Source of the DNA: an uncultured Myxococcales bacterium | GTDB lineage: Bacteria > Myxococcota_A > UBA9042 | DNA length: 64,000 nucleotides | Reading direction: 5' to 3' | Assembly: GCA_903840165.1 (NCBI GenBank) | Contig: CAIMEY010000075.1 | Span: 44,365 to 108,364, forward strand | Shown: one piece after another, positions 1 through 8,906 of the stretch | Numbering within the stretch: the stretch's first letter is position 1 | Layout of the letters: every line of letters begins with the position of its first letter | Translations under genes and position numbers: made by a program | Notes under the pieces: generated by a model | Seen by the model: only the letters and a program-made list of their open reading frames with translations | What the model was told of the DNA's origin: nothing | The model's database searches: none

Positions 1-238
1 CGCCCCGGGTCAGCGACAGGTAGACCGTGCGTAGGCCCCGCTGGCCCGTCAAGTAAGCGATAAGCCGCGTGTTTTCATCGTCAGGATGGGCTGCAACGTA
101 CAGCACCGTGCCGACCGTCCCCAGGCGTCGCAGTCCCAGGGCCAGGTCAGCCGCCCCCAGCGCGCTCGGCTCCAGGGCGTGCAGACCCGGCCCCAGCAGG
201 CCCAGTGTGCCAAGGCAAAAGACCAGGGCCATGATCAT
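1..238 (-). CDS. bshB: PIG-L/LmbE-family deacetylase, 5' part only (gene runs off window start); putative bacillithiol BshB
   Basis: Minus-strand translation from ATG at 238 gives MIMALVFCLGTLGLLGPGLHA...VLYVAAHPDDENTRLIAYLTGQRGLRTVYLSLTRG with the AHPDDE zinc-binding motif of LmbE/PIG-L deacetylases; divergent from bshC-bshA. Start could also be the ATG at 232 or an upstream TTG. Confidence 0.5.
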   Translation of the reverse strand, partial: MIMALVFCLGTLGLLGPGLHALEPSALGAADLALGLRRLGTVGTVLYVAAHPDDENTRLIAYLTGQRGLRTVYLSLTRG

Positions 239-535
239 CCCCAAGCGCAGCCGGCGGAATTGCGGCCAGATGGTGCCGCAATTGCGCAGTAGTTTCAGAT
301 TACTAAGTGTCTGAGGCTGGCTCAAGTACAGGGGCATGTCCACACTCCCAGGAGGCTCGAACCGTCGCCGCCTGCCACCGGCTGCCACCGCGGGCGCCTT
401 TCGACCGTCCAGCCTTGGGTCAGTCAGAGCGCGTGAACCTACCAGAGGTGGCCAAAACTGGGTACTCTACCGCCGCCAACTGCCCGGAACCCGTGGTGGT
501 TGGTGCGCGACCTGCGTCGCTGGGAAAAGAGCTAG

Positions 536-2146
536 ATGGTTCGCACCTTTACCCCTGATTGGCTGGCCGATCAGCCCCAAGCTTTGGCGATGCTGCCACG
601 CGGCTACACCCAGCCGGCCGCGCGGGCCCATGCCGTGGCGACTGCGGCCAAGCGGCAGGTGCATCCAGGTGTTCTTGCTGCGATTGCAAGGACTTCACAA
701 ACGCTGCCTCCCCGGCCGGCGCGCGATGCCGCGCTGGCGCAGTTGAGCCAAGCGGGGACTGTGGCGGTGGTGACGGGTCAACAGCTCGGGCTGTTCCTCG
801 GGCCTCTGTACACGCTGTACAAAGCGGTGAGCGCCATCGTCAATGCCCGCCAATTGACTGCGGAAACAGGTGTCGCGGCCGTCGCGGTTTTCTGGCTGCA
901 GAATGAAGACCATGACGCAGCCGAGATCGACCACACCTACGCCCCCGGTGCCGGCGAGGCCAGGCGATTCTCCGTGCAACTGCCTGGAACTGGGCGCGAA
1001 TCGATATCGGAGCTCGAATTACCGGCCGAAACGGACAGCGTTCTTGCCCTTTTGCACCAGCATCTCCAAGGGTTGCCCGATGCCGAAGTGGTTCATGCTT
1101 GGCTGTCGAGGTCCTGGCAGTCCCACCGTGACCTAACAGAGGCTTTCACCAGTAGTTTGGATGCCTTGCTGGGCGATTCGGGGCTCTTGTTTCTAGACCC
1201 TCGCGCGCCCGAACTGGCAGAGGCGGCCGGCGATTTTCATAAGCGCTGCCTGGATTTTGCCGAGCCGTTGGCGATGGTTTTGCAGGAGCGGGCGACCGCA
1301 TTGGCCGAGCAAGGCTGGGACGTGCCAGTGCACATTCGGCCGGCCGCGCCTCTGTTCTTTTACGCGCCGGATGGTGAGCAAGGGCCGCGTTTTCGCCTTC
1401 AAGCTCAAGGGGATGCCTACGCGCTGGTGGGCGATGCCGCGCAACGGACGATTCAGGCACACGCCCTGCGCCAAGCCTTGGACGTCCACCCGCGGGCGTT
1501 TTCGACTTCCGTGCTGTCGCGACCGCTGTGGCAGGACACCTTGCTGCCGTGCGTGGCCTATGTCGGTGGGCCAGGAGAAATTGCGTATTTTTCCCAACTT
1601 GCGCCGGCTTACGCCCTTCTCGGACTACCGATGCCGTTGCTGGTGCCTCGGTCGCGGTGGCTCATCACCGATGCGCCGACCCAGACGGCGCTGCAACAGG
1701 CGGGGGTCAGCTTGGCCGATCTGGCTGCGGGCCCGGCGCGTTGGACAGCCTCTTTGGCAGGGCTGGCAGGGTCTCAGCAGCAAACCATGGACGCCCTGCA
1801 GGCCCGGTTGACCGAGCCGTTCGTGCACGAACTGAGCCTGTTGGAAGGAGAAATGGCTGCTGCGGACCCGGGCCTCACCAAGGCCGTCAAGCAGACGCAG
1901 GCCGCTGTGGCAGAAAGCGTGGCCCGTCTGCTGGGCAAATGGCAGCGGGTGCTGGCGTCCCAGCAATCGGCGGAGTTGGCTAAGCGCATGAGATGGCGAA
2001 CGATCTTGACGCCTGATGGAGCGCCTCAAGAGCGCGTGCATGGCCTGCCTTGGTTCGCGGCGCGTTACGGACTGCAGCACGTGGTCGCCAGTGTGCTTGA
2101 ACAAACGGTGCCATTTTCCGGTGAAATCAAGGAGTTGTTTCTGTGA
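536..2146 (+). CDS. bshC: Bacillithiol biosynthesis cysteine-adding enzyme BshC
   Basis: VVTGQQLGLFLGPLYTLYKAVSAI and AVFWLQNEDHDAAEIDH closely match the B. subtilis BshC blocks (GGQQAGLLTGPLYTIHKI / VFWIAGEDHDMDEINH); length 536 aa is typical; stop overlaps bshA start (ATGA). Confidence 0.75.
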   Translation: MVRTFTPDWLADQPQALAMLPRGYTQPAARAHAVATAAKRQVHPGVLAAIARTSQTLPPRPARDAALAQLSQAGTVAVVTGQQLGLFLGPLYTLYKAVSAIVNARQLTAETGVAAVAVFWLQNEDHDAAEIDHTYAPGAGEARRFSVQLPGTGRESISELELPAETDSVLALLHQHLQGLPDAEVVHAWLSRSWQSHRDLTEAFTSSLDALLGDSGLLFLDPRAPELAEAAGDFHKRCLDFAEPLAMVLQERATALAEQGWDVPVHIRPAAPLFFYAPDGEQGPRFRLQAQGDAYALVGDAAQRTIQAHALRQALDVHPRAFSTSVLSRPLWQDTLLPCVAYVGGPGEIAYFSQLAPAYALLGLPMPLLVPRSRWLITDAPTQTALQQAGVSLADLAAGPARWTASLAGLAGSQQQTMDALQARLTEPFVHELSLLEGEMAAADPGLTKAVKQTQAAVAESVARLLGKWQRVLASQQSAELAKRMRWRTILTPDGAPQERVHGLPWFAARYGLQHVVASVLEQTVPFSGEIKELFL

Positions 2147-3324
2147 GTTCAGACTGTTGCAGCGCTGCTAGCCAGGGGCCTCATATCGGCCTGGTTGGGC
2201 TGCCCGGTTGGGGCGGAACGGGCGTTGTCGCCGCGGATTTGGCCTATGGTCTGGCGCGCGATCATATGCAAGTTAGCCTATTTGCATTGGAATCGCCGAC
2301 ACGTTTCCGAGCCCCGGACCCGCACCTAACCTTGTGCGGCGTCGACTTGGGCGACCACCCTGCGGCCAATGGTCTTGGGTTGTATCCCCTTGCTTTGGCA
2401 GGCAAAATCCTCCAACGCAGCCGCGATCAGCCCATCGATGTGCTGCACCTTCACTACGCCGTCCCGCACGTGGCCGCAGCGGTGCTGGTCAAGCAAGCAC
2501 TAGGGCAGGATTCCCCCAAGGTTATCCTAACTTTTCACGGCACCGATGCGACCGACCTCGCCGCCGACCCGCGCTATCAGCCCCTCTTGCGCAGCGGCGT
2601 TCTGGCGATGGATTTTTGTACGGGCCCCTCGCGGGCCTTGTGTGAAATAGCGCAAAATCATCTGCAGTTACCCAAAGAAGCCGCCTTGACGGTGGTCGCC
2701 AATGGCATTGACACCGACCGTTTCTGTCCGCCGCCACAGCGAAATCGTCAAGTGTTGCGAAGTCTTTTCCCGCACGCCGACGACAACTCGCCGATTCTGC
2801 TCCACGTCTCCAACCTGCGACCGGTCAAACGTCCTCAGGATTTGGCTGCGATCGCTGCCGCCGTACAGGCGCGGATTCCGTGTCGGTTGCTGGTCGTCGG
2901 CGATGGGCCGGGCCGGGCAAACCTCGAGCAATCCCTAGAAAATTCACCGCTGCAGGGCCGCGTCGCCTTCCTTGGTAACCGCGCCGATTGCGTCGACCTG
3001 CTGCAACACGCCGACCTCTTGCTGCTGCCCAGTGCCTCAGAAGGTTTTGGTTTGGCGGCGTTGGAGGCTTTGGCCTGCGGCTTGCCAGTGGTGGCCTCGC
3101 GCACCTGTGGTCTGCCCGAAGTCGTGCAAGACGGCGTGACAGGCCGGCTGCATCCGGTCGGCGATGTGGCCATGGCAGCTGCCTATATTGTTGATTTGCT
3201 TGTAAATTCTGCGGAACATGCCCGCATGTCGGCCCTGGCGCGGCGCGACGCGGTCCAGCGCTTTGACCACCAGCAGGTCGTGGCGCGCTGGCAGGGAATT
3301 TACCGAAGCTTGATGGCTAACTAG
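2143..3324 (+). CDS. bshA: GT4 glycosyltransferase, BshA-like (N-acetyl-alpha-D-glucosaminyl L-malate synthase)
   Basis: N-terminal Gly-rich loop GLPGWGGTGVVAADLAYGLA, block DVLHLHYAVPHV (BshA: DVLHVHYAIPHA), GT4 C-terminal EGFGLAALEALACGLPVV; translationally coupled to bshC. Confidence 0.7.
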   Translation: MSSDCCSAASQGPHIGLVGLPGWGGTGVVAADLAYGLARDHMQVSLFALESPTRFRAPDPHLTLCGVDLGDHPAANGLGLYPLALAGKILQRSRDQPIDVLHLHYAVPHVAAAVLVKQALGQDSPKVILTFHGTDATDLAADPRYQPLLRSGVLAMDFCTGPSRALCEIAQNHLQLPKEAALTVVANGIDTDRFCPPPQRNRQVLRSLFPHADDNSPILLHVSNLRPVKRPQDLAAIAAAVQARIPCRLLVVGDGPGRANLEQSLENSPLQGRVAFLGNRADCVDLLQHADLLLLPSASEGFGLAALEALACGLPVVASRTCGLPEVVQDGVTGRLHPVGDVAMAAAYIVDLLVNSAEHARMSALARRDAVQRFDHQQVVARWQGIYRSLMAN

Positions 3325-3326
3325 GC

Positions 3327-4187
3327 TTACTTCTTGCCTTTCCAATCGACCAGGGCCTTGGCCACTTGGTCCTTATAGAAGAAGTTGGGGTCTTTCTGCC
3401 CCAAATCCCAAGCTTTTTGCGCCAGTTTGTGTGCATCGGCGAAATTGCCGGTCTTGGCGAGGATGTCGGCCTTGATCCAGGTGTTGTACCAAGCCGTCTC
3501 GATGGCCAGCGAGGTGTCGATCAGCTTGAGCGCCTTGGGATAATCCTTTTTCACATCGGCCAGATAGCGTGCTGCATTGGCGTGCGGCCGCCATGTGTTG
3601 CCCAGGGCTGCATCCATGCTGGCTTGCACGTGCGCGTCGGTATCGACCGCGATCGGCACTGAAATAGTGAGTTTTTCCCACTGAAGGTCCAAGCGCGTGC
3701 CGTTGTCCGTCGTGTCGCTCAAGACAATGGCCAAGCGTTCGCGAAACGGGGAAGCCTCGGTCTTGGCCGGCGCGCGGGCGACATCATCTTTGATGTCATA
3801 GGATTTTCCGCCAATCCATAGCCCAAGGTCCTTGCTGAGGATGGCCGTCCACGCCTTCTGATTGGGTAGCAACACGAGCGAATAAGTGCCTGCTTTTACA
3901 GGGATACCTCCGAACGTTACGTCGCGACTGAAGGTCAGCTTGGTCGCGGCGTTGGCCCCCGCGCGCCACGGCTTGTCCCATGGCACCACGCCGCCCCAGA
4001 TGTCGGTGCGGCCTTTGACGCCGGGGCTGGAATACTCGACGCCTACATCGGTGAGGCCGACGCGCTGGGCAACCTTGGCTGCCGGGCTCGGTGCCGGCAA
4101 TTCCAATTGTTGTGCGTAGATAGGTAGGGCCATACAGACCGCGCCGGTGGTGATCAGGGCAGCTAGGTAGGGTGCAAATCGCTTCAC
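3327..4187 (-). CDS. Secreted DUF2911-family protein with C-terminal TPR-like helical region
   Basis: GTG start at 4187 preceded by AAGGATG RBS gives signal peptide VKRFAPYLAALITTGAVCMALPIYAQQ; core block WRAGANAATKLTFSRDVTFGGIPVKAGTYSLVLLPNQKAWTAIL resembles DUF2911; the upstream part of the long ORF (to 4505) is non-protein-like. Confidence 0.6.
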   Translation of the reverse strand: MKRFAPYLAALITTGAVCMALPIYAQQLELPAPSPAAKVAQRVGLTDVGVEYSSPGVKGRTDIWGGVVPWDKPWRAGANAATKLTFSRDVTFGGIPVKAGTYSLVLLPNQKAWTAILSKDLGLWIGGKSYDIKDDVARAPAKTEASPFRERLAIVLSDTTDNGTRLDLQWEKLTISVPIAVDTDAHVQASMDAALGNTWRPHANAARYLADVKKDYPKALKLIDTSLAIETAWYNTWIKADILAKTGNFADAHKLAQKAWDLGQKDPNFFYKDQVAKALVDWKGKK

Positions 4188-4883
4188 GGAAACATCCTTG
4201 GTTTGAGGTTGGGCCCTCAAGGTGGCGCAGACTGCCCAGGCCGTCAAGCGCAGAGGCATTGGTGACCAGAGCCGCGCACAAGCACGCTTGCCTAAAGGGT
4301 TTACCAGAATGCTGCAGATCCATGCGTCTTGGTGCTGCATCTGTGAGGTCCGTGCAGCGCCCCTGGACCGGTTGCAGCCACGCTCAAGGCTGAATTTGGA
4401 AGAATCTAAGGAATATTCAACTATTGCATGGCGTCGCGATGAGGGCCGACGATTCCCGTCGGTGGGTCTCAAGGCGCGTGACCCAGCGGTCGGTCGGCAG
4501 TGCATTGAGATGAAAGGGAAATTGCTGATTTGTGCCGGTGGACCTTGTCATGCCGTGCATCGGCAATTGACCCGCCCCAGGTCGCAGCGTAGTGTAGCGG
4601 ATTGGTGAATGTTTGCGGGGGCAAACATTCAGAGGGAAGCCCTTGTTTTGTCAGCAAAATGCGGCCTAGTCTGCGCAAGTAGCGGCCACGCCTTGCCTAT
4701 CGCGCGCGTTCGTTTTGACCGGATCCCCTTCGGCAGCGCACGCGCAGGATAGACCGGCTAGCGGGGAGGCACCAAATGCTGGGCCTATCGCGCAAGCGAT
4801 TGAAATACAACGGGTATGTGTTCGTGCCTGCAGTGCCATAACCGGCTGACTGTGCGCTCGCGGTCCCCACCCCAAAGAGGGCA

Positions 4884-6152
4884 ATGATCATGAAAGAACG
4901 CGTGAATTCTACTGGCGCTGGCCTTGAGTTTCTCGCCGCATCGCCCCTGCCCCTGTTGGCGATGGATCAGGGCTGGAAGGTAGTTCGCGTCAGCCGTGGC
5001 TTCTCTCGCTATTACGACGAGGCTTCCTTGACACAGCCGCCCAGCGCCTTGCCGACAAATGATCATGAAATTCAAGCGACTCTTCGGGTCAAGGATACCT
5101 CCGGCGTGCTGCAGACCTTGGCGGCCCGCGTTTGGAATTGGCATGACGTGACCGTGGTGGCGCTGGCCGGACCCCATGATGCTTCGCAGACGGCCCTGGT
5201 CGGACAGTTGCAACAGCGCTTGACGGAGCTGGAATCTCAGGCGCTGACAGATGCCCTGACCGGCCTATGGAACCGGCGCTACTTCGATGCAGTGGTCGGG
5301 GCTGAGATCGCCCGCGCCGCGCGATACAAGCATCCGCTGAGCCTACTGGTGCTCGATGTGGACCACTTCAAGCGTGTCAATGACGTGTATGGCCATGCTG
5401 TGGGCGATGACGTGCTCTGCGCCGTCGCCGGTCTTTTGAGAAAGCGTTGTAGAAACGGGGATATCCTGATGCGCTGGGGAGGCGACGAGTTCGCCGTCTT
5501 GGCGCCGCTGACCTCGCACGATGGGGCCCTGGCCCTGGCCGAAGGTCTACGCAGGGCTGCTGCCAACATGGCGATCGGCGCGGGAATTGCCGTGACCTTG
5601 AGCATCGGCGTCGCCGAACTGAAGGCCGAAGAATCCGCTGCGGCTTGGTTCCAACGTGTTGACAGCCAACTCTATGGCGCCAAAGCCAAAGGACGCAATC
5701 AAGTCGTCGCCGGCACCGAAGTGCAGCGGGGCCGTCGCGACAGCGCCTTGCAGTTCGCATGGCGGCCGGAATATGCCTGTGGCCAAGCGACCTTGGATGA
5801 CCAGCACCGCATTCTGTTCCAGCTGACGAACCGCGTACTGGCCGATGCAGGTCTGAGCGGCGAGGCGGGCAGGCCGCACCTGCTCGAGGACCTGGACCAA
5901 CTCCTTGACCACGTAGCTATGCATTTTGCCGATGAAATTGATATTTTGACGGCAGCTCAATATCCCGCTGTGCAGGCGCACGCCCAACTCCACGCGGCAC
6001 TTCTCGCTCAGGCGCGGCAGTTGCGGGCGGAACTCGTCGACCCGAAGACCGAACTCACCGCGCTCCTGGATTTCCTGGTCCACGACATGGTCCATGGCCA
6101 TGTTATGGAAGAGGATCGCATGTTTTTCGCCCACGTCGCTGAGCTGTCTTAG
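4884..6152 (+). CDS. Diguanylate cyclase (GGDEF) with C-terminal bacteriohemerythrin-like domain and N-terminal sensory domain
   Basis: GGDEF block LTGLWNRRYFD...LLVLDVDHFKRVNDVYGHAVGDDVL...RWGGDEFAV; C-terminal H/E/D spacing (HFADEID...HAQLH...HDMVHGH...EEDRMFF) typical of hemerythrin. By RBS spacing (AGAGGG) the more likely start is the ATG at 4890. Confidence 0.8.
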   Translation: MIMKERVNSTGAGLEFLAASPLPLLAMDQGWKVVRVSRGFSRYYDEASLTQPPSALPTNDHEIQATLRVKDTSGVLQTLAARVWNWHDVTVVALAGPHDASQTALVGQLQQRLTELESQALTDALTGLWNRRYFDAVVGAEIARAARYKHPLSLLVLDVDHFKRVNDVYGHAVGDDVLCAVAGLLRKRCRNGDILMRWGGDEFAVLAPLTSHDGALALAEGLRRAAANMAIGAGIAVTLSIGVAELKAEESAAAWFQRVDSQLYGAKAKGRNQVVAGTEVQRGRRDSALQFAWRPEYACGQATLDDQHRILFQLTNRVLADAGLSGEAGRPHLLEDLDQLLDHVAMHFADEIDILTAAQYPAVQAHAQLHAALLAQARQLRAELVDPKTELTALLDFLVHDMVHGHVMEEDRMFFAHVAELS

Positions 6153-6176
6153 GCACGGCGCGGCACCCGGCAGAAA

Positions 6177-7550
6177 TCAGCGCGCCGACGAGCCTGGGCT
6201 TTGGCAAACGGGTACCGCCCGATCGACCTGCTGCAACGCCTTGATCTGCTGCTGCAACTGGTCGATCTGCCTCTGCTGATTCTGAATCGTCGCCACGGCC
6301 ATCGATAAATAGCCATACAAATCGACCATGTCCCGCTCGGGGTCGACAGCAGGGCTGTGCGGGTCATCGTCAATGATAAAGCCCAGGTGGCGCCGGCCCT
6401 GGGGCCCCGAGGCGGTGTATCGGTAGCTCGCCAGACGGGTTTGCAGCAACTGGTTGCTCAGTTGGTCTTGGTCCGATGGCGTCAAGTACTGAATTTCCGT
6501 CTTGTACTGCGCCTTGGAGATCGGGCAGCCCTTCTGCTTGGGATCGCTACTGGCGCAAATCAGCATTTGGCCGCAGCCGAGTTTGGGGTCGCATTGGGTG
6601 CCGGCGGCGCTGCAGCTGTCGCCCGTCTTTTCGCTGGTGCACAGCGGGATGCCCGGGGTGGCTTGCCACTGGGTGCCGCAGACCGGATTGCCGCAAGTCA
6701 CATAGTAATTCAGCCCTGTTGCCGGTGCACAGGCGCTGCTACTGGCAACGTTGGTGCCGCTACCCTGGGCGGAGCAGGCGTTGCCGTACGTCTTGCCGTC
6801 GCAGCCACAGACAGGCGCGTACTCGGCCGTACAAGTTTCTGGTTTTGCGACGCAATTTCCTGCCCCGCCGCAGCTTAAGTCGCTAATCATGCAGAACTTG
6901 CCGGTGCCGCAGGTGTCCTTGCCGCCGACCACACAACTTGTTGAAATGCTGCATGAACCTGGGTGATTGATGGTGGTGCCGCCGGCGTTGGCCATGCAAT
7001 CGTTGCAGTAGGCCTTGCCGTCACAGCCGCACAGCATGTCCGCCGCGCAATTTTGCGGGCACATCTGCGGCATGGCGGTGCAAGTTCCTGTTGCGACGCC
7101 ACAACTGCCCGTGGCACCCGCGCAATACTGGTTGGCGGCGCATTGACCGGGGATGCCGACTTGGCAGGCCCCCGCGACTTTGCAACTCCCTGCCTTTGCG
7201 AGGTTTACCCCGGACATCGCTGCCACGCAGGCCGTTGCATAGTCCTGGCCATCGCAGCCGCAGTTGGTCAAGCTGGTGCTAGGAGAACAACCGCTTGGAA
7301 TTACCTTGCATTCACCGTTACCGGCGCAGTCGCCGAGGGCCTTGGCACAAAACTGACCGGCGCTGCAGTCGGTGTTGACCTTGCAATTGCCTGTCACTTC
7401 GCTAGGCGCGGCGTCGGTGTCGCCCAGGGTGCCTGTGTCCCCGCCGTTGCTGCTGGCGTCGGCGGTGCCGCTGCTGTCGTCAAAGACGCAACTGGTCAGA
7501 ACCAAGGTTGAAGAAATGCCCAACAATATCAAATGATTCTTCAGTCTCAC
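6177..7550 (-). CDS. Lipoprotein with three or four Kazal-like Cys-rich modules and a C-terminal intramolecular-chaperone (peptidase S74-like) domain
   Basis: GTG start at 7550 after strong RBS GAGGGAGG; lipoprotein signal VRLKNHLILLGISSTLVLTSC; Kazal signatures CGCDGQDYATAC, CGCDGKAYCNDC, YAPVCGCDGKTYGNAC; C-terminus SKAQYKTEIQYL...RRHLGFIIDDD...LYGYLSMAVATIQNQQRQIDQLQQQIKALQ resembles the endosialidase/tail-fibre chaperone domain (SDxRLKTNI...HIGFIAQEV...coiled coil). Confidence 0.65.
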   Translation of the reverse strand: MRLKNHLILLGISSTLVLTSCVFDDSSGTADASSNGGDTGTLGDTDAAPSEVTGNCKVNTDCSAGQFCAKALGDCAGNGECKVIPSGCSPSTSLTNCGCDGQDYATACVAAMSGVNLAKAGSCKVAGACQVGIPGQCAANQYCAGATGSCGVATGTCTAMPQMCPQNCAADMLCGCDGKAYCNDCMANAGGTTINHPGSCSISTSCVVGGKDTCGTGKFCMISDLSCGGAGNCVAKPETCTAEYAPVCGCDGKTYGNACSAQGSGTNVASSSACAPATGLNYYVTCGNPVCGTQWQATPGIPLCTSEKTGDSCSAAGTQCDPKLGCGQMLICASSDPKQKGCPISKAQYKTEIQYLTPSDQDQLSNQLLQTRLASYRYTASGPQGRRHLGFIIDDDPHSPAVDPERDMVDLYGYLSMAVATIQNQQRQIDQLQQQIKALQQVDRAVPVCQSPGSSAR

Positions 7551-7688
7551 AGCAACCTCCCTCAAACGTCGCGGGCAATCATGCCTGCTCATCCAGTGAA
7601 GGATTCAACGACCGAAAAGTCAAGGCACTTTGTTGCTGGATCAGGGCCTCAAGCCGCACGGGGCGATAGGCCGGCAGCAGGCCCGGGC

Positions 7689-7757
7689 GCCCGCCCTTGA
7701 AACTAGAACCAAACACCGTACCTCTAACCCGCTAGGAACTTCGGGTTAGAGGCACTA
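7689..7757 (-). repeat. Copy 1 of an ~65-80 nt conserved element abutting a stop codon; contains 10-bp perfect inverted repeat cctctaaccc/gggttagagg
   Basis: 86% identical to 39950-40023 (cccttgaaactagaa..aggaacttcgggttagagg..ctag); its final CTA is the TAG stop (minus strand) of the reductase gene; on the gene strand the hairpin is followed by a U-richer tail guuugguucuaguuucaaggg. Confidence 0.6.
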
Positions 7758-8816
7758 GATGCCCGGGCCTTTGAGCGCCAACTCCCGCAGCAAATCGGGA
7801 TGGTTGTGCCGCAGCCACTCAATCGTGTCGGCCAAGGTCTGCCGCGCCGGGCGAGGCTGATACCCCAGTTCTTTCGCGGCGTAACGGGACTTCAGGCCCC
7901 ACCAGCGGCTGCCCATTTCAATGACCACCGGGTCTGGCAGTGGCGAATGGGCACCGGGCCACAAAGCGGTCGCGCGGGCGGCAGCGGAAGCCAATGCATG
8001 GGCAGCTCGCGTCGGTAGCACGCGCGTTGGTGCGATAACGCCTGAAACTTGTTGGCAAAGTTGAAAGAAATCGCCAACGCTCGTTTCGGTGCCGGGCAGG
8101 TGATAGATGGGCCGGCCGGCGGGATGGTCGATGGCGCGCACGATGGCGGTCGCGGCGTCACGAATGTCCGTGAAGTTCATGCCGCCGGACAGCACAAATG
8201 GCAGCTTGTGCCTCAAGAATTTCAAGACGTTGCCTGAGGAGCGGAACTTATGGTCGCCTGGGCCGAGTAAGACCGGCGGACGAATCACCGTCATCGCCAC
8301 ACCCAATTCCACTGCTAGCGCGCGGGCTTGGCGCTCGGCCTTGATCTTGGAGTCGTAGTAAGGCCAACGGCGCGCCAACTTGTCGCAATAAGGCGCATCC
8401 TCATCGGCTTGGTCCCGCGGATTGGTAAAGCAACCCACCGTCCCTGATGTTGAGACAAAGACAAGGCGGCACCGGGTCTTAGCTGCCAAACGCACCATCC
8501 GCAGCGTGCCGCCAATGTTGGTGTCGTACACGTGCTGGGTATTGCGGCGGCTGTGCTGGACCACAGCGGCGAGGTGGAAAATCCCTACAAGACCCTGCAG
8601 TTGAGGGGTATTGGTCCAGCCTTGGTCGTCGGTAACGCTGCCCTGGATGACTTGGACGTCGGGGAAATCCTTAGTCCAATCCATCCGTTGCCACTCGGCC
8701 GGGTGACGCACCAACGCCAAGGGCCTCAAGTCCGGACGCAAAACGCCAAGCGCTGTCAGCACATGGCGTCCAAGAAAGCCGGTCGCGCCGGTCACGAGCA
8801 CTGTCGGTTTGGTCAT
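7755..8816 (-). CDS. NAD(P)-dependent epimerase/dehydratase-family (extended SDR) reductase; candidate acyl/alkyl-DHAP reductase
   Basis: MTKPTVLVTGATGFLGRHVL Rossmann motif at the chosen ATG (8816); last gene of the AGPS / FAR-GNPAT operon. The functional assignment is inferred from operon context only. Confidence 0.6.
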   Translation of the reverse strand: MTKPTVLVTGATGFLGRHVLTALGVLRPDLRPLALVRHPAEWQRMDWTKDFPDVQVIQGSVTDDQGWTNTPQLQGLVGIFHLAAVVQHSRRNTQHVYDTNIGGTLRMVRLAAKTRCRLVFVSTSGTVGCFTNPRDQADEDAPYCDKLARRWPYYDSKIKAERQARALAVELGVAMTVIRPPVLLGPGDHKFRSSGNVLKFLRHKLPFVLSGGMNFTDIRDAATAIVRAIDHPAGRPIYHLPGTETSVGDFFQLCQQVSGVIAPTRVLPTRAAHALASAAARATALWPGAHSPLPDPVVIEMGSRWWGLKSRYAAKELGYQPRPARQTLADTIEWLRHNHPDLLRELALKGPGI

Positions 8817-8906
8817 GGTCTTGCTGGTCCTGGGGCGCTGGAGCTGCACGGACGAGGCCCTCTGGCGCATGGGCAGATGCACAAAATCCCTTGATTTTGC
8901 AGAGGA

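Noticed and set aside
4222-4608. 128-aa ORF in the large intergenic region
   Set aside because: Arg/Cys-rich with no periodicity or RBS; composition is typical of a spurious high-GC ORF.
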